Assembly: GCF_009914755.1 (NCBI RefSeq)
Contig: NC_060934.1
Reading direction: 5' to 3' (one strand)
From: the human T2T-CHM13v2.0 reference genome, Homo sapiens
Length of the DNA: 64,000 bases
Shown: piece by piece, positions 26,260-39,905 of the stretch
Layout of the letters: the number at the start of each line of letters is the position of its first letter
How positions within the stretch are numbered: position 1 is the stretch's first letter
Notes under the pieces: generated by a model
What the model was told of the DNA's origin: nothing
Database searches by the model: none
What the model saw: the letters and a program-made list of their open reading frames with translations, nothing else
Position numbers and translations under genes: made by a program

Positions 26260-29200
26260 GCAGAGGGAACCAGTAAGACATTTAATGGGAAGATCCTAGA
26301 ATGGCTGAATTATGCACATGTCAAGAAGATGCAAGGGACACTGACAAAGAAAACTTGAGAACTGACTTGAACTTTGAATTCATTACTCATCCCAAATAGT
26401 CTGGGTGGCAGAAGTTGAAAGTATTACAGGATTAAGATATTTGAGCATTATTTCTGCCAAAACTATTGGGTGACTACAAAAATTCAGACAAAGGTAAGAT
26501 ACTTAGGTACACAGAGTTAGAAATAAAAATAATCAGAAAAATTCACCAGAGACATCAGTGAATGCATATCACGAAGAAGACAGAATTTAAAGTAAAGCTC
26601 ATGTTACTAAACAAAACAAGAACAAAACCCAAAAATTTCAGAGAAAGGAAAACACAAAATTCAGAGTTCCTACAAGATATGATTTTAAATATTCAGTTAT
26701 CTAGAAACTACAAGACATGCAAAGAAATGAGAGCATGGCCCACACTCAGCTAAACAATAGTCAATAGAAATTGACTTTGAATGAACCCAGATGTTGAGTT
26801 TTGCAAATTACCACTTAACATCAAAGAAAATTAATTTGAAGAAATAATAGCTAAATACTTTTCAAATTTTATGAAAAACATTCATTGGAAAATCCAGGAT
26901 TCTCACATATCAAGTACTATTGGCTTCCAGTTTGCTAAGGCCAGCATGACTTTCCTAAAAGCTTAATGTTGGAGCATTATATTCATGAAGTTACTCATGC
27001 TATCATTCTACCTCTATAGAAAATGATAATAACCTATAAATAGAGTTGCTTTAAGCTTCAGTAGTATGTCAAGATTAAATTATCACAAGAGAGGAAATGT
27101 GGCGGGGGGTGGGGGAGTGGTGGAATGAAACAAATAAGAGGACTTAACTTCACCCCAGGACTGCAAATCTCTGAAATGATTCAATATTTACAAAAAAACT
27201 TTTTTGACGTTATTTAATTGCATGCTAAAAGAAATCAATCAACACCCTTCAGAGAAATATAAACAGAATCTAGAGTCTTTATAACATTATATACCCAATG
27301 TCTAGGATACTATTCAAAGTATCTTGACACATGGGAACACAGGATAATGTGACCCATTTGAAAAGGAAAATACACTCAATAGAAAATGACACTGAAATGA
27401 CACATGTGTTGGAATTAGAAGTTAAATATTTAAACATAGTTATTTTAATAAAAAAGAAATTATAAAAATAATAAAATATAAATTTTAAAACTAAAAATAC
27501 AATAACAGAAATAATTGCAGCCTCAGAAAGAGAGAAAGAAATGAGATAGAAAACATATTTGAAGGATTAATGATCAGAAATGTCCCCAACCTAGGGAAAG
27601 ATTTAAATTTTCATATTCAGAAAGTTCAGCAAATCCCAGGTAGAATAAATACAAAGAAAACTCTGCCTCAGCACATCATAATCAAACTGCTAGAAATCTA
27701 AAACTAGTACCAGAGGAAAATACTTTATATACAGGAAAACAATGATTTGAATATCTGTAGACTTTTTAATAATTAATTCCAGACGATACTGAAATAACAC
27801 CTTAAAAGTCCTGAATGAATGAAAACTGATAAGTAACCTAAAATTCTGTGTTCAGCAAAAATACTTAAGGATTAAGAAAAACTAAATCTATTTTCCAATG
27901 AAGGAACACTAAGCATATGCTTCAACTGAAGACTTGAACTAAAATAATTAGTAAAGGAAATTCTTCAGTCTGAAGGAACATCATCCAGTTAAAAATGTTA
28001 TCTGGGAAGAAATGAAGAAACTCAGAAATAGCAAAAGCTGAGTATATATAAAAGGATATTTTTCAACTAGATTCTACAATATACAAATTACTACTTCAAG
28101 CAAAAATTAAAATAATATAATCTTACATTTAATTATATATAGATATGTGTCAAGATAAAGCCAGATATAAATGACAATGATAGCACAAATGGACTATATA
28201 AATGTTTTTTATATTTTAAAGTTATTTTGTAGCTCTAAAAAAACCCTGTAAGTTTAAGAATATATAGTTAATCACTAAAACAACTATTAAAATATTTTAA
28301 ATAAGAGAGAGAAATTTAAAAATACAATTCAGAAAATGTTTACATAGAAGTTTTGCATGGAACAAAAATGGAACAAAAGCAACAGCAAGACAGAAAAAAA
28401 CAGAGGGAGATGCAGAAGATGGTAGAGCTCAAGTAACTATATAAGCAATTACATTAAACGTTAATGTATTAAGAACTCCAATTAAAATTTAGAAATTGTC
28501 TGATAGAATAAACAAGAACCCACAATCTACTATTTTCAAAGATAACCTCTAAATGTTGAATTAAATATACACTGAAAGATAACGAATGAACAAAGTAACA
28601 TCATGCAAAGAGGAAGTGTAATAAGACGGGTGGTTATATTAATATTATATAAAAGAGACTTTAAAAGAAAGTACATTAGCATCGATACAGAGGAGTATTT
28701 CACACTGATAAAAGGGTCAATTTATCATGAATATATAATAATAATAAATATATGTAAGCCTAACAAAAATACATGAATAAAAACTGAGAAACATAATTTC
28801 ATGATTATAATGGATATAGTATCACCACTCTCTCAGTAATTAATAAAACAAAAATCATCAGTATAAACATAAATGCTCTGAATGATACTGTCAGCCACCT
28901 TTAACCGACATTTTTAGAACACTACAACCAATACCTTCAGAATACAATATATTCAAGCCTACATGCTACTTTCAGGAAGACAGTTTATAAAACAAGTCAA
29001 TACATTTAAAAATACTGAACCTATACAAACTATTAATAAGTTAAGCCACACATTTTTATATAATCTATTGTTCAAAGATGAATACAGGAAAATTAGAAAA
29101 TATACAAAACAGAATCATAATAAAATATTACCAAACTTTTAAATGAGAAATTAAATGACATACATTTATGTACTCTAGAGATTAAGGAAGCAATCACTGA

Positions 29201-30520
29201 CCCAAACAAAAAAGATAAAATCATAAATTTTTAGACCAAAAAAACACATTTTGTATGCCACAGAAAGCAACAACTTTAGAAACAGTAAATTATGCACTAC
29301 CAAATTAAAAACACTTCTCATCAAAGGACACTATTAAAATTAATAGGCAAGTCACAGGCTAAAAGAAAATACTGGCAAAAATACATTTGACAAGAAACTC
29401 ACATAGATGATATATAAAGTTATCCTATAATCAAATAATAAAAAATGACAAACCAAATATAAAAGAGAACAAAACACTGAGTAGGTGCTTCATAAGAAAA
29501 AGATATATTAATACAAATAAGCATGGATATGAAGTAGTCAACATCATTAGTTTTCAGGGAAATACAAATTTAAAACCACAAAATGATTCCAATATTCATC
29601 TACCAAATGGCCAAAAAATTTTTAAAAAGATGTATAATGCCAAATATTGGGAAGGATATAAAGCAAGAAGAATTTTAATACATTGTTGAGGGGAATGTAA
29701 AATGATACAACCACTTTGAAATTAGTTCTGACAGTTTTTTTTAATCAAAACATAACCTTCACTGTGACCCAGTAATTCCAATCCTAGGGCTTTACCCAGG
29801 AATGGTAAAAACCTATGTCCACAAAAGGAGTTTTTAAATAATATTTACGTCAGCTTTATTCATAACTCCCAAAATTTGTCAACAGTAGTAGATACTATAC
29901 AGTATTACAGTCATACAATAGATCTCTACTCAGTCATAAAAATTAACCAACTGTTGATACACCTAGCAACATTAACAAGCTTCAAAGCTATATACTGTAT
30001 GATTCAATTGATATGAAATTCTAAAACTGGCAAAACAAATCTAAAAATATGAGAACAGTTGCTTTTGGAGGTTGATATCTGAGATAGATTGGGAAGAGGT
30101 ATGAGGAAACTGAGATTATAATAATGTTCTATTTCTTGATAAAGATTTGTGTATTCAGGTATATGCATTTTTTAAAATGCAGTGACTATACACCTAAGAT
30201 TTGTGTATTTCATTATACGTAAGTTGCATATTAAAAGAAGAGCTCTAAAATGTCTTCTAGTTAATTATATTCATGCTTCCATATTTAGGGAGATGTAGAC
30301 AGATGTCTGAAATTTACATTGAAATGACTTAAAAATTCAAGACGGAATGATGGGTGGATAAAATAATGAATTAGTATTTTGATATGTTATAAAATGTGTA
30401 CAGCAAAATGTTAATGGTAAAACATAGCTGTCATATATATGAGTGTTCATATTAATATACTGTCATGTTTTGTCAGTATTTTTAGAAATTGTATTAATAA
30501 AATATTAAAAATAATTTAAA
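26260..30520 (+). mobile_element. Long decayed L1ME (5'/ORF1, internally deleted ORF2, 3' end)
   Basis: ORF1 (cacatcataatcaaactgc), EN (attacattaaacgttaatg..ctccaattaaaa), ORF2 C-term (gtcaacatcattagttttcagggaaatacaaat, tgacccagtaattccaatcctagg), 3'UTR (tatactgtatgattcaattgatatgaaattcta). Confidence 0.8.
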
Positions 30521-30819
30521 ACTGCCTTGTTTGATGACAGTATCTATAAACTACCAAGATGAAATGCTTTTCCGAGTTTTTGGAGGCCATGGCCCAAAAT
30601 CACACACTGTAATCCTATTGAATGCCTCTCCACAGGTGTATTTAATCTTCGAACTTCTTCACGTGTCAGTTTGTGAGAATAAGTTGGATCCTGGCTTTCC
30701 CACCATAATATAATGCCTTCATTCTGATGTAGGACTATGAAAGACACTTTTGTGTTTCACTTTTTCATTTGTGTCATATTGAAAAATATTTTAGTCAACA
30801 TGATGCAAAAGATAATACA

Positions 30820-30923
30820 GCAGCTAGAGTCAGACAATAATGAACTCAAATGTGAGTTAAAGTTTATCTTACTATCGAGCTAGGAGATCAAGGGTAAGAA
30901 AATTTCTTAAATTCTCATTCTCA

Positions 30924-30963
<40 letters not shown>

Positions 30964-31100
30964 ATGTGTGTATGTTTAAGATTTAGACTGAATGCAAGAA
31001 TGCTTTTCTTACAGAATAGTTGTAAAAATTAAATGTGATAAAATATAGTAGCACCTTGTTTAACACCTAGTATATGGCAAGTATTCAACACATTTTATTG
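30820..31100 (+). mobile_element. MIR containing a (TG)n microsatellite (30927-30970)
   Basis: ctagagtcagac...acagaatagttgtaaaaattaaatgtgataa...cacctagtatatggcaagtattcaa. Confidence 0.75.
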
Positions 31101-33763
31101 CCTTTCCTTCATTATTTCATAATGTAAATAATACTTATTTACATTTTCAGACAATAGGCGTAATTTTCTTATGTGCTATAATACTCATATTTTTTAATAT
31201 GTCTACTACTATTAATGTTGTGGGCAAACAATTATGTATTTAGAATGGATCCTCACAACATAAGGGTATCCTGTCCCTTATTCAGTCAAAGAATAACAAA
31301 GAAATTATACCTTAATGAGACATTTTCATCAACATGGCAATACCAGTACCAAACCCCCATGGAGAATGCTATCATCAAATTCCAGAATAGCTTTGAGGAA
31401 ACAGAATGTAGAAATGAAATGTGATAGAAACTCTATTAATAGCCTCATCATTACATTATTAATATGATGTATTTATCAGACTAAGGCAGATCTCCAGAGA
31501 TTACAGCATTGTTTAAGAAAAATAAGAATCTATTATGTACTTAAATGAATCTTTTATTTTTTTCATAGAACTCTAGATTTAGATTACACTGCCTAACCCT
31601 TTTAGCCTGGTAACGTGAGTAACATAATTAGGTACAAAGCACTCAGCGTGGAAGTAACGGTGGAGAGGCATAGGAATCTTCTCAACCCTGGGGAGTGTTG
31701 TCGTCAGGAGTTAGATGAAGCCTGCCCTTCTTTCTGACTAAGGATAATTAATCTATGCCCATCTCTCTTCGAACATGCACCAGAACCTGCAGATGAATAT
31801 GCCCTGTCTGGTTTGTCACCTGTATGCATGAGGCCACATTTCTCCAACTCACTTGATTGTGGCTCATCTATGATGGACACTTCTGCACACACTGCCACAT
31901 TCCCTCGCTTTTCTTTCCCCAGAGCTGAGAAATGCTGCTCAGCCATGTTCAGGCAGAGAGTGTGGAGGGATGGAAAAAGACGTCACTCATGTGGTGTGTA
32001 ATGAGACCACGGAACCCCATGGTCATACCCCTCATGTCCCTGCTTCAGGGTGAAGTGGGTCCCCTGGTCTGTTCTATGTTGTGTGGGATCCCATGATTGT
32101 GGGTCAATCCTTCCTCACTTCCCTAGAGAGTGAAACTGGCTGAGGCTCTGCTGGCAGGAAATGCAAATCCATAGCTGAATAGATAGAATAGTTATCAGTC
32201 ACTGTGAGGATGAACCTTACAATAGAGTTGGCTTGCCTCCACATGGCTGGTTGGTTTTCTCAAGGAGCAGTGCTATGTCAAGTGCTCAGCTTTTCTGTCT
32301 GCTGCCCAAAACAGGTAGGATGTCCAAGTGCAGCGGTAGTTAGACAGCTCTTGGTAAGTGAGAATCCATGCTGATGGGCCCGTGAATAGCTTTCTTCTCT
32401 GCTGTTGTGGCCACTCCTTCAGGTGTCCAGAGTTTCAATTCCAGGGTGGCCAATGATGAGGACTATGTAATGTTAACCAGTCAAGCATTTTCTCTACTTG
32501 GTGTTCAGTGCCTCTTTCATGGTGAACCCTCCTGGGTGGACATTAGCATGAGATACATTTCCATACCTTTATCCAAGTCCTTCTTGTTTAATATCCTACT
32601 CCCCTTCCCATAGGCCCCCTAATCAGCTGGTTAGGATGCTGGCCAGGGGCAAGGAATCTATGTATAACCTCAAGCCATTTCTTCCAAATAAAGCTGATGA
32701 CTTATACACTGCTAGAAGCCTTACTCATTGGTAAGTTTTTCCCCCTTTACTATTGTTCAAGATCACCCTAAATGTGGCTTCAGTGCAGCCACTGCTCATG
32801 TTTGTGCTTTCACTCAGGTACTGACTTAACCCATGCATCCATAAGCCAAGCTCAAGCTTTCTCCCCTTCTTCAGGGTGGTTGTATGACAGCTCTGCGCAT
32901 CACTACGTGTAACACTGGGAAGGGGCGCTGGTACAACTGTGGTGGATGCCAAGGTCATCTGTGCTCCCTCCTCATGCATCTTACTCATGTGCTCTAGTCC
33001 TCATCAGATTTACTATCCAATGTATGTTCTCCATCTCATAATGGAGATTTGCTGGAGCCAATTAACTTTGTAGCTTTATATGTCCAAGGAATCCAATTCA
33101 TCATGTACAATTAAGAATGCATACTCATTTGTTGCCTCTTGGTAAAGTGTCTCTATCAGGGCATGGTAACAAACTAACAGCTGTCTCTCAAATGGTGTAT
33201 AATCGCCCACTATAATTAGTTTAGGTCTTAGTAGTAACTTAGCCTTACTTCAGAACATTGGGGACCACCATTATAATTCCCCTAAAGGGGCTTTCCATAA
33301 ACTCTACACATCATCTTTCAACACTACTGGCATCTCCAATACACAGTGTCTGCAAGATTATATGGTCCAAAGGGTAGGTCTGGTTCCACTACCACCTGGG
33401 TCTGCTGCAGAGCCATTCCCTGCTCCCAGCTCTATAAAGCTGGCTGTCTTTCAGGTTACTGAACGTATGGATGAGAGCCATACTCCTAAGTACAGAATAA
33501 GATGCCTTCAGAAGCTAAAGAGGACTACCTCTTAGGTAAGCTTTGTACTTGTTTTTAATGATAGAAAACACAAAATGCTACAGCTTCTCTCTTACTTTGG
33601 AGGGTATATATATTCTGACAAGCCCCTGATCACTGGACTGCTAAAAACTTTACTGAAGTGGCAGGTCCCTGAATCTTTACAACATCTATTTTCCACCTGC
33701 TATAGACATGTATCTTATCAAGGCCTCAAAGGTAGTAGCCATCTCTTTCTTATTCTGCCTGAT

Positions 33764-34306
33764 TGTTACCTGGTGTAATGCCTACTTGACATAGCTGAAT
33801 TTCCGCCCTGTCCTAACTCTGCTGATCTTTAAGGAGCAGGGTGCTTGCAATAAAAATTCCCCTTTATAACCAGACAAGCTAGGTCCTGTTTGAATGAAGA
33901 CAGCCAACCAAAGGACTACAAAAAGACCTCAGGCTTCATTATCATCTCATTTCTATGCTAAATGACACTCCCACCAGTGCCATGACAGTTGACAATTGCC
34001 AGAAAAAGCCATTAAAAGGCAAAAAGGAAGGCAGCACTCTGGCTCTTGGAAGTTCACCACACATTTCTGGAGAAAATATGAATATTCCTCCCCTCACTTT
34101 TAATGTCCAAACCCTTCGTTAGAGAAACCCTATCTCCCCGCACCCATCGAAAAGCTGATTTGTGAGTCATGCTCTTGCTTCTCAATTCCATTGCCATCAA
34201 ATAAAACCTGCACTGCTTGACACTCGCTTTTGGTTTAATGTATTGGCTTCATGACACCAAACGGGGAAGGGCCCCATCTTTTGGGGGACCAGCTTTGTCA
34301 GTAACA
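33764..34306 (+). mobile_element. ERV1 (MER4-group) solo LTR with 4-bp TSD
   Basis: Termini tgttac...gtaaca; TSD tgat at 33760-33763 and 34307-34310; tgacactcccaccagtgccatgacagtt motif; AATAAA at ~34199. Confidence 0.9.
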
Positions 34307-34717
34307 TGATCAGCATGACGTCATAGATGTAATGAGTTAATATGTTTTGTGGAATGGCCAGCTGGTCAAGATTTCTTTGTGCAATATTATGACAAGGAAA
34401 AGGAGAGCTAACTTAGCCCTATGGAAAACTGTAAATAAACATTGTTGACAATTCCACATGAATGAAAATAGTTTCTTCTCCCCTTTTTAAATAGAAGAGA
34501 GAAGAATATATTTACCAAATCAATGCCCTCATGCCATGTTATTGAAGGTCTTATTAATTTGCTCTAGACACACACAGAAACTGTAACGAAAGCTACTGCT
34601 CAATTCAGGTTGCAGTAGTCTACTGGCATTCCCTAAGATCCATCCGGTTTCTTCAGGAGCCGTACCAGAGTATTTAAATGGAGAAAAGTTAAGAACCGTC
34701 AGCACTGTGTCATTTAG

Positions 34718-35060
<343 letters not shown>

Positions 35061-35921
35061 TAGATCTTTAATGGTGGTAATAATAGTCATGCTCCTGGGA
35101 TGCAATATTATTAACGACTTACTACCTTGGACTAGGAAGGAGGGTCAGTCCCAGAGGTTTGACATGGCCCTCCCTACTAGGGTAGGACCCAATGTGGGGG
35201 TTACTCCAACTGTCTAGTGTATTAGTCCTTGTTATCCACTTGGCCAATGGGGAAATGGCCGATAAATGGGATTGTGAGCCCAGTGGATGTGTAGAGGAGA
35301 GAACTTGCCTATGGCTGTCAGTGAGTCCAGCCTGTGACGGCCTCTGCTACCTTCAGCCCTGGCCTGCATAGAACAGCCACTGAAATTTTAGTGATTCTGG
35401 TAGCCTTTTTCACCAGCTGGTGAATGGTGTGTCTAATGGTTTTAGTGAATAGCGTGTCATAATACTTAACCTCTGGCAGATCTTCTGTCCTCACCTAATG
35501 TGTCCATTCCAGAGTACCCACTTTCCTCATCCTCTTTCTACCTTTCTCTACCTTTCTTCATGACAATTTAGGAAATGACAATTCCTCAAGAAAGGGCTTT
35601 TACATTTTCTCCAGGTTTCTAAGGGTCACCCTGCAGGGAGTTTGCCCCATATGCTGCAATCCTTGCCAAGGTATTAAACTGTGTTCTGAGAAAGTGAATC
35701 CAAGTCCATAAATTTTTGCTTAGCCAGTTTTTATTCCAGTCCCCATTATCAAGCACCCACCAAAGTTCCCCAGGTCCTGCCAATAGGTACTAGCGAGTCC
35801 CCGCACCATCTCCTTCAGCATGTAGTCGCTTTCTTCCTTCATCATGCCCGGCACATCTTTAGTGACTTTATGCTGGAAGGTAGCCCAAGCTGCGGACCTG
35901 GAAGCCAGAACAGTGGTGGAT

Positions 35922-35974
35922 TGTATTAGCACTAGGGCTGCCATAACAAAATACTGAAGATTGGGTGGCTTACC

Positions 35975-36006
<32 letters not shown>

Positions 36007-36297
36007 TTTCTCACAGTTCTGGAGGCTGGAAGTCCAAGATCAAGGTGTTGGCCGGTTTGTTCCTCCTGATACTTCTCTCCTTGGTGGGCGGATGGCCGTC
36101 CTCGTTCTTAGCATCCTTGCAGGGCCTTTCCTCTTTGCATGTGCATTGCTGGTGTTGCTCTCTCTTCTCACAAGGCCACTAGTCCTGTTGGATTAGGGAC
36201 CCCCCCATTATGACCCCATCCTATCTCCTATTACAGTCACACTGGGGGGTAGGGCTTCAACACTGAATTCTAGGGAGAAACAATTCAGTCTATAACA
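35922..36297 (-). mobile_element. MLT1A0/MLT1B MaLR solo LTR with internal A-run (35975-36002)
   Basis: tgtattag...agggctgccataacaaaatac...tctcacagttctggaggctggaagtccaagatcaaggtg...caattcagtctataaca. Confidence 0.9.
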
Positions 36298-36683
36298 GGT
36301 CTAGGGAGGGCCAATGGCCTTCTGAGGAAGACATTTGCTTTATCAATCCACAGGTTGAAGTGCTAGCTCCTATTAAGAAGACGTGGGCCACATCTGCAGA
36401 ATCAAAATCCCCAGGAACATCCATTTAGATGGGCCTGTTTCATTTTCGGGGCTTCATATTTTTCGAGTCAGTGCCTGACTTTAGCATAACAGATCTGCCT
36501 TACCTAATGACTCAGGAGGGCTACTGCTCCTCCTCTTTAATACCCTGTCTGCTTCCACATAAGGACCTATGGGCCTCATTCTAAACTTAACAAGCCCATT
36601 TGACTTTCACATTAGCCTCCATTTGGTAAAAGCTTTTCAGTTTCTCTTTATTCCTCTGCAGGGCCAATATTATTTGGGTGTAA

Positions 36684-37108
<425 letters not shown>

Positions 37109-37271
37109 ATGAAATCTTTAGCAACCACACTCCCATCTTATTTAAGAAACTATCTGTGGCAATTAGAATATTTAAAATGATGTTATCCTTGATACCTTAG
37201 CAGCAAGTGAACAAATTCCCAAGGACCATCTCAATGTCTGCCTTGTTTAGACTATTCTTTAGATCACCTCT

Positions 37272-38128
37272 GTTAATTCACGTCCTTCAAGAAGTATACA
37301 CCAAGAAGAACATCTGTTATAGTACATTTGTCCAATATTAGTACATTTTCACTGTTATAAAAGAATACCTGAGGTTGGGTAATTTATAAAGAAAAGAGGT
37401 TTATTGGGACTACGGTTCTGCAAGCTGTACAATCAAGGCATCAGCATCTGCTTAGCTTCTGATGAGGGCCTCAGCAAACTTCAAATCATGATGTAAGATG
37501 AAGGGGGACCCAGCATTTCACATAGGTATAGTGGGAGCAAGGGGCAGAGGGATGCCACACTCTTTTAAACAATCATATCTTGCATGAACTCACAGCAACA
37601 ACTCACTCGTTACCACGAGGAGGGCACCAAGCCATTTATGAAAAATCCACCCCCATAAGCCAAACACTTTCCACTAGGCCCCATCTCCAATACTGGGGAT
37701 CACATTTCAACATGAGGTCTGGAGAGGAAACACATCCAAACCATTAGATGTACAGAGGATTTAATGGGAGAAACTCACTTGAAGGCAAAGGGGACAGGGC
37801 CTGAGTCAGCAGGAAGGTCCTCCAGCATGTAATGCTGTGGAAGACTGAGCAGGAAGAGCCTCACACTGCAGCAGAGCTCGAGACAAGTTGGGGTCAGGGT
37901 GATTAGGGATCCCCAAGCCAAAGGATGCTCTCTTAAGGCATCCTGTATCCCGTAGAAATGGGCCAGCACCAGGACATACACCACGATTAGCCCTCATCCC
38001 TGAGAAGCCTACACAGGGAAAACATGTTTTTCTAAATGGTGGTGGATCTCTAGGTCTGTCAGTGACGTGGGCACCCCAGCTCGGTCTCTTGAAAGAGATT
38101 AGAACCATGCATTTTCACGGCTACCATG
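37272..38128 (-). mobile_element. LTR16C-like LTR (5' LTR of the ERVL provirus), split by MSTB
   Basis: tgttaattcacgtccttcaagaag..ccaaga | attagatgtacagaggatttaatggg...aggaagagcctcacactgcagc...ggtctcttgaaagagatt...cacggctacca. Confidence 0.8.
37337..37744 (-). mobile_element. MSTB-like MaLR solo LTR
   Basis: aatacctgaggttgggtaatttataaagaaaagagg...gagggcaccaagccatt...ggggatcacatttcaacatgag...catccaaaccat. Confidence 0.9.
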
Positions 38129-38645
38129 ATATCGCTTACAGATGATTCATGATACAAGAAATTTAAAAAAGCAAAGATTTAAACAAATTGGAACAAAGGG
38201 AAATTGGGGTGAGCATCATAAGATGAAACTGAACATAAGATTAGTAGGCAAATATATGTCATAAAATCCTGTGGATCAAAAACATTGCTTTGAGACTTGA
38301 ATATTTGATAAAAAGAAGAAAATATCATTTATAAATAATTAGTTTGGCCAACAAAAAATAAATGTTAGTGGTTCAAAGGAATTAATCTATTCCTAAAACT
38401 GAGGGATGAGATATTATCCAAAATGAACAACATGTGCTATAACCATATTTTCAAAAGAGCTGGCTATGGAGTGACAAGTTACACTTGCCAGATACCAGGA
38501 AGTCACACTTCTGTTAAGTAGTAGCATACAGGTAGCATAGTTTTTATAGTATGATTTCACCAAATGTTAGGACTTAAAGTATCTAAAGAAATGGATTATC
38601 CTACAAATTGTCTTCCATGAACATTATTGAGAAATACTGTGCAGC

Positions 38646-38810
38646 TTTTTGTGTTTTTTTGTTTGTTTGTTTTGTGTTGTTTTGTTTTTTTGGTTTTTTT
38701 TTTTTTTTTTTTTTTTTGAGAAGGAGTCTCGCTCTGCCGCCCAGGCTGGAGTGCGGTAGCACAATCTCTGCTCACTGCAACTTCTGCCTCCTGAGTTCAA
38801 GTGATTCTCC
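38646..38810 (-). mobile_element. Heavily 5'-truncated Alu (part of right monomer) with long T/TG tail
   Basis: gagaaggagtctcgctctgccgcccaggctggagtg...ttcaagtgattctcc, then non-Alu sequence. Confidence 0.9.
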
Positions 38811-38829
38811 TCTTGTAGTTTTCATTACA

Positions 38830-39600
38830 GCTGAAGTACAGTAGTCCACGCTGTCAATTAACAGAATATATGCCTGACTTTACCAACAGCAAAGTAAAGG
38901 TCAAAAACATGCCTGAGATACTCCTCCAACCTTGGAGGAGTTGTTGAATTAGTTTGGGCAAGCAGAACCAAAACTCGTTCAGAAAGGAATGCAAAGTTCA
39001 CACCAATAAACTGACCAACGGGCAACTGAGGCCTCCATGTTTTCTCCCCTTGGGGCAAGATTGCAATGATTTTAACTTTAACTGTGTTCAAGTGCTACTA
39101 AATTCGTACTCGAATGAAGTGCCTAGAGAACATGTAACTTCCCATAATGCACTGTCCAGGTTTAATCCTTTAAAATAAACAGGTCATAAAAAGAACGCCC
39201 AGGTAATTGAATGGATTGATTCGTTCTGTGGAGTTAACTCTACGATGAAGGACACTCACCAAAAAATTATTTTGACCTTGGAATACTTCTTTTTAAATAA
39301 TTATTTCTAACAGTAATTATATAGAAGTGCCAGTGATCTCTTCAAGCTACCCCTAAATTCTGACAATAAAACCATATCATCTAACTGCTGTACAAGTGAG
39401 TGCTTGGATTGATTCTGTTTTCTAAGGGGACAGAGAAGGATACTTAGCTCGTTTAAAAGTGGTTTCAAATCATTAAGTAAGTGTATAAAAACAAGTTAGT
39501 GGAGAAACACATCTCTCTTTATTCCAAATGAAGATTATTATCCAGTACCCTAGAAAATAATTCCTTCTGACCTTGATTCTCGTGGTATCACTGAGGCACT
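38830..39600. promoter_or_regulatory. Candidate conserved developmental enhancer
   Basis: Non-repeat and CpG-retaining; AAAGGTCA 38896-38903, CCAATAAA 39003-39010, TAATCC 39163-39168, GTCATAAAA 39183-39191, TGACCTTGG 39273-39281, TGACCTTGA 39568-39576. Motif evidence only. Confidence 0.3.
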
Positions 39601-39684
39601 ATTTATTTAGCACTGAAAGCCAGAAGTTAAACTCACAATGAATTTTTCAACCAAAACCATGATAAAATTATGAACAGAGACCTG

Positions 39685-39905
39685 CCATTGACTGTATGCC
39701 TACTGTGTAGCAGGAACTGTGTTGGCCACACATGGCATCTCTTTCTCAACAATACCATGAGATAATTAATCTGGCACCTATTGTATAAAAGAGAAACTGG
39801 AAGTATAAGTAATGTCTTTCCCTGCTCTTGTTCCCAATGTGATACCGCAGGAAAGTGAAAGACCCAGGGGTCCAATTATATCTGGGTCAAAACTCCTGTT
39901 CTTTA
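39685..39905 (-). mobile_element. MIR
   Basis: tgcctactgtgtagcaggaactgtg...ctcaacaataccatgag...agagaaactgg. Confidence 0.6.

Noticed and set aside
27100-27123. G-quadruplex candidate
   Set aside because: Only two long G-runs, inside decayed L1; weak
38858-39091. Protein-looking 77-aa minus ORF (..PPRLEEYLRHVFDLYF..)
   Set aside because: No recognisable family, non-ATG start, and no convincing exon context; would need PhyloCSF
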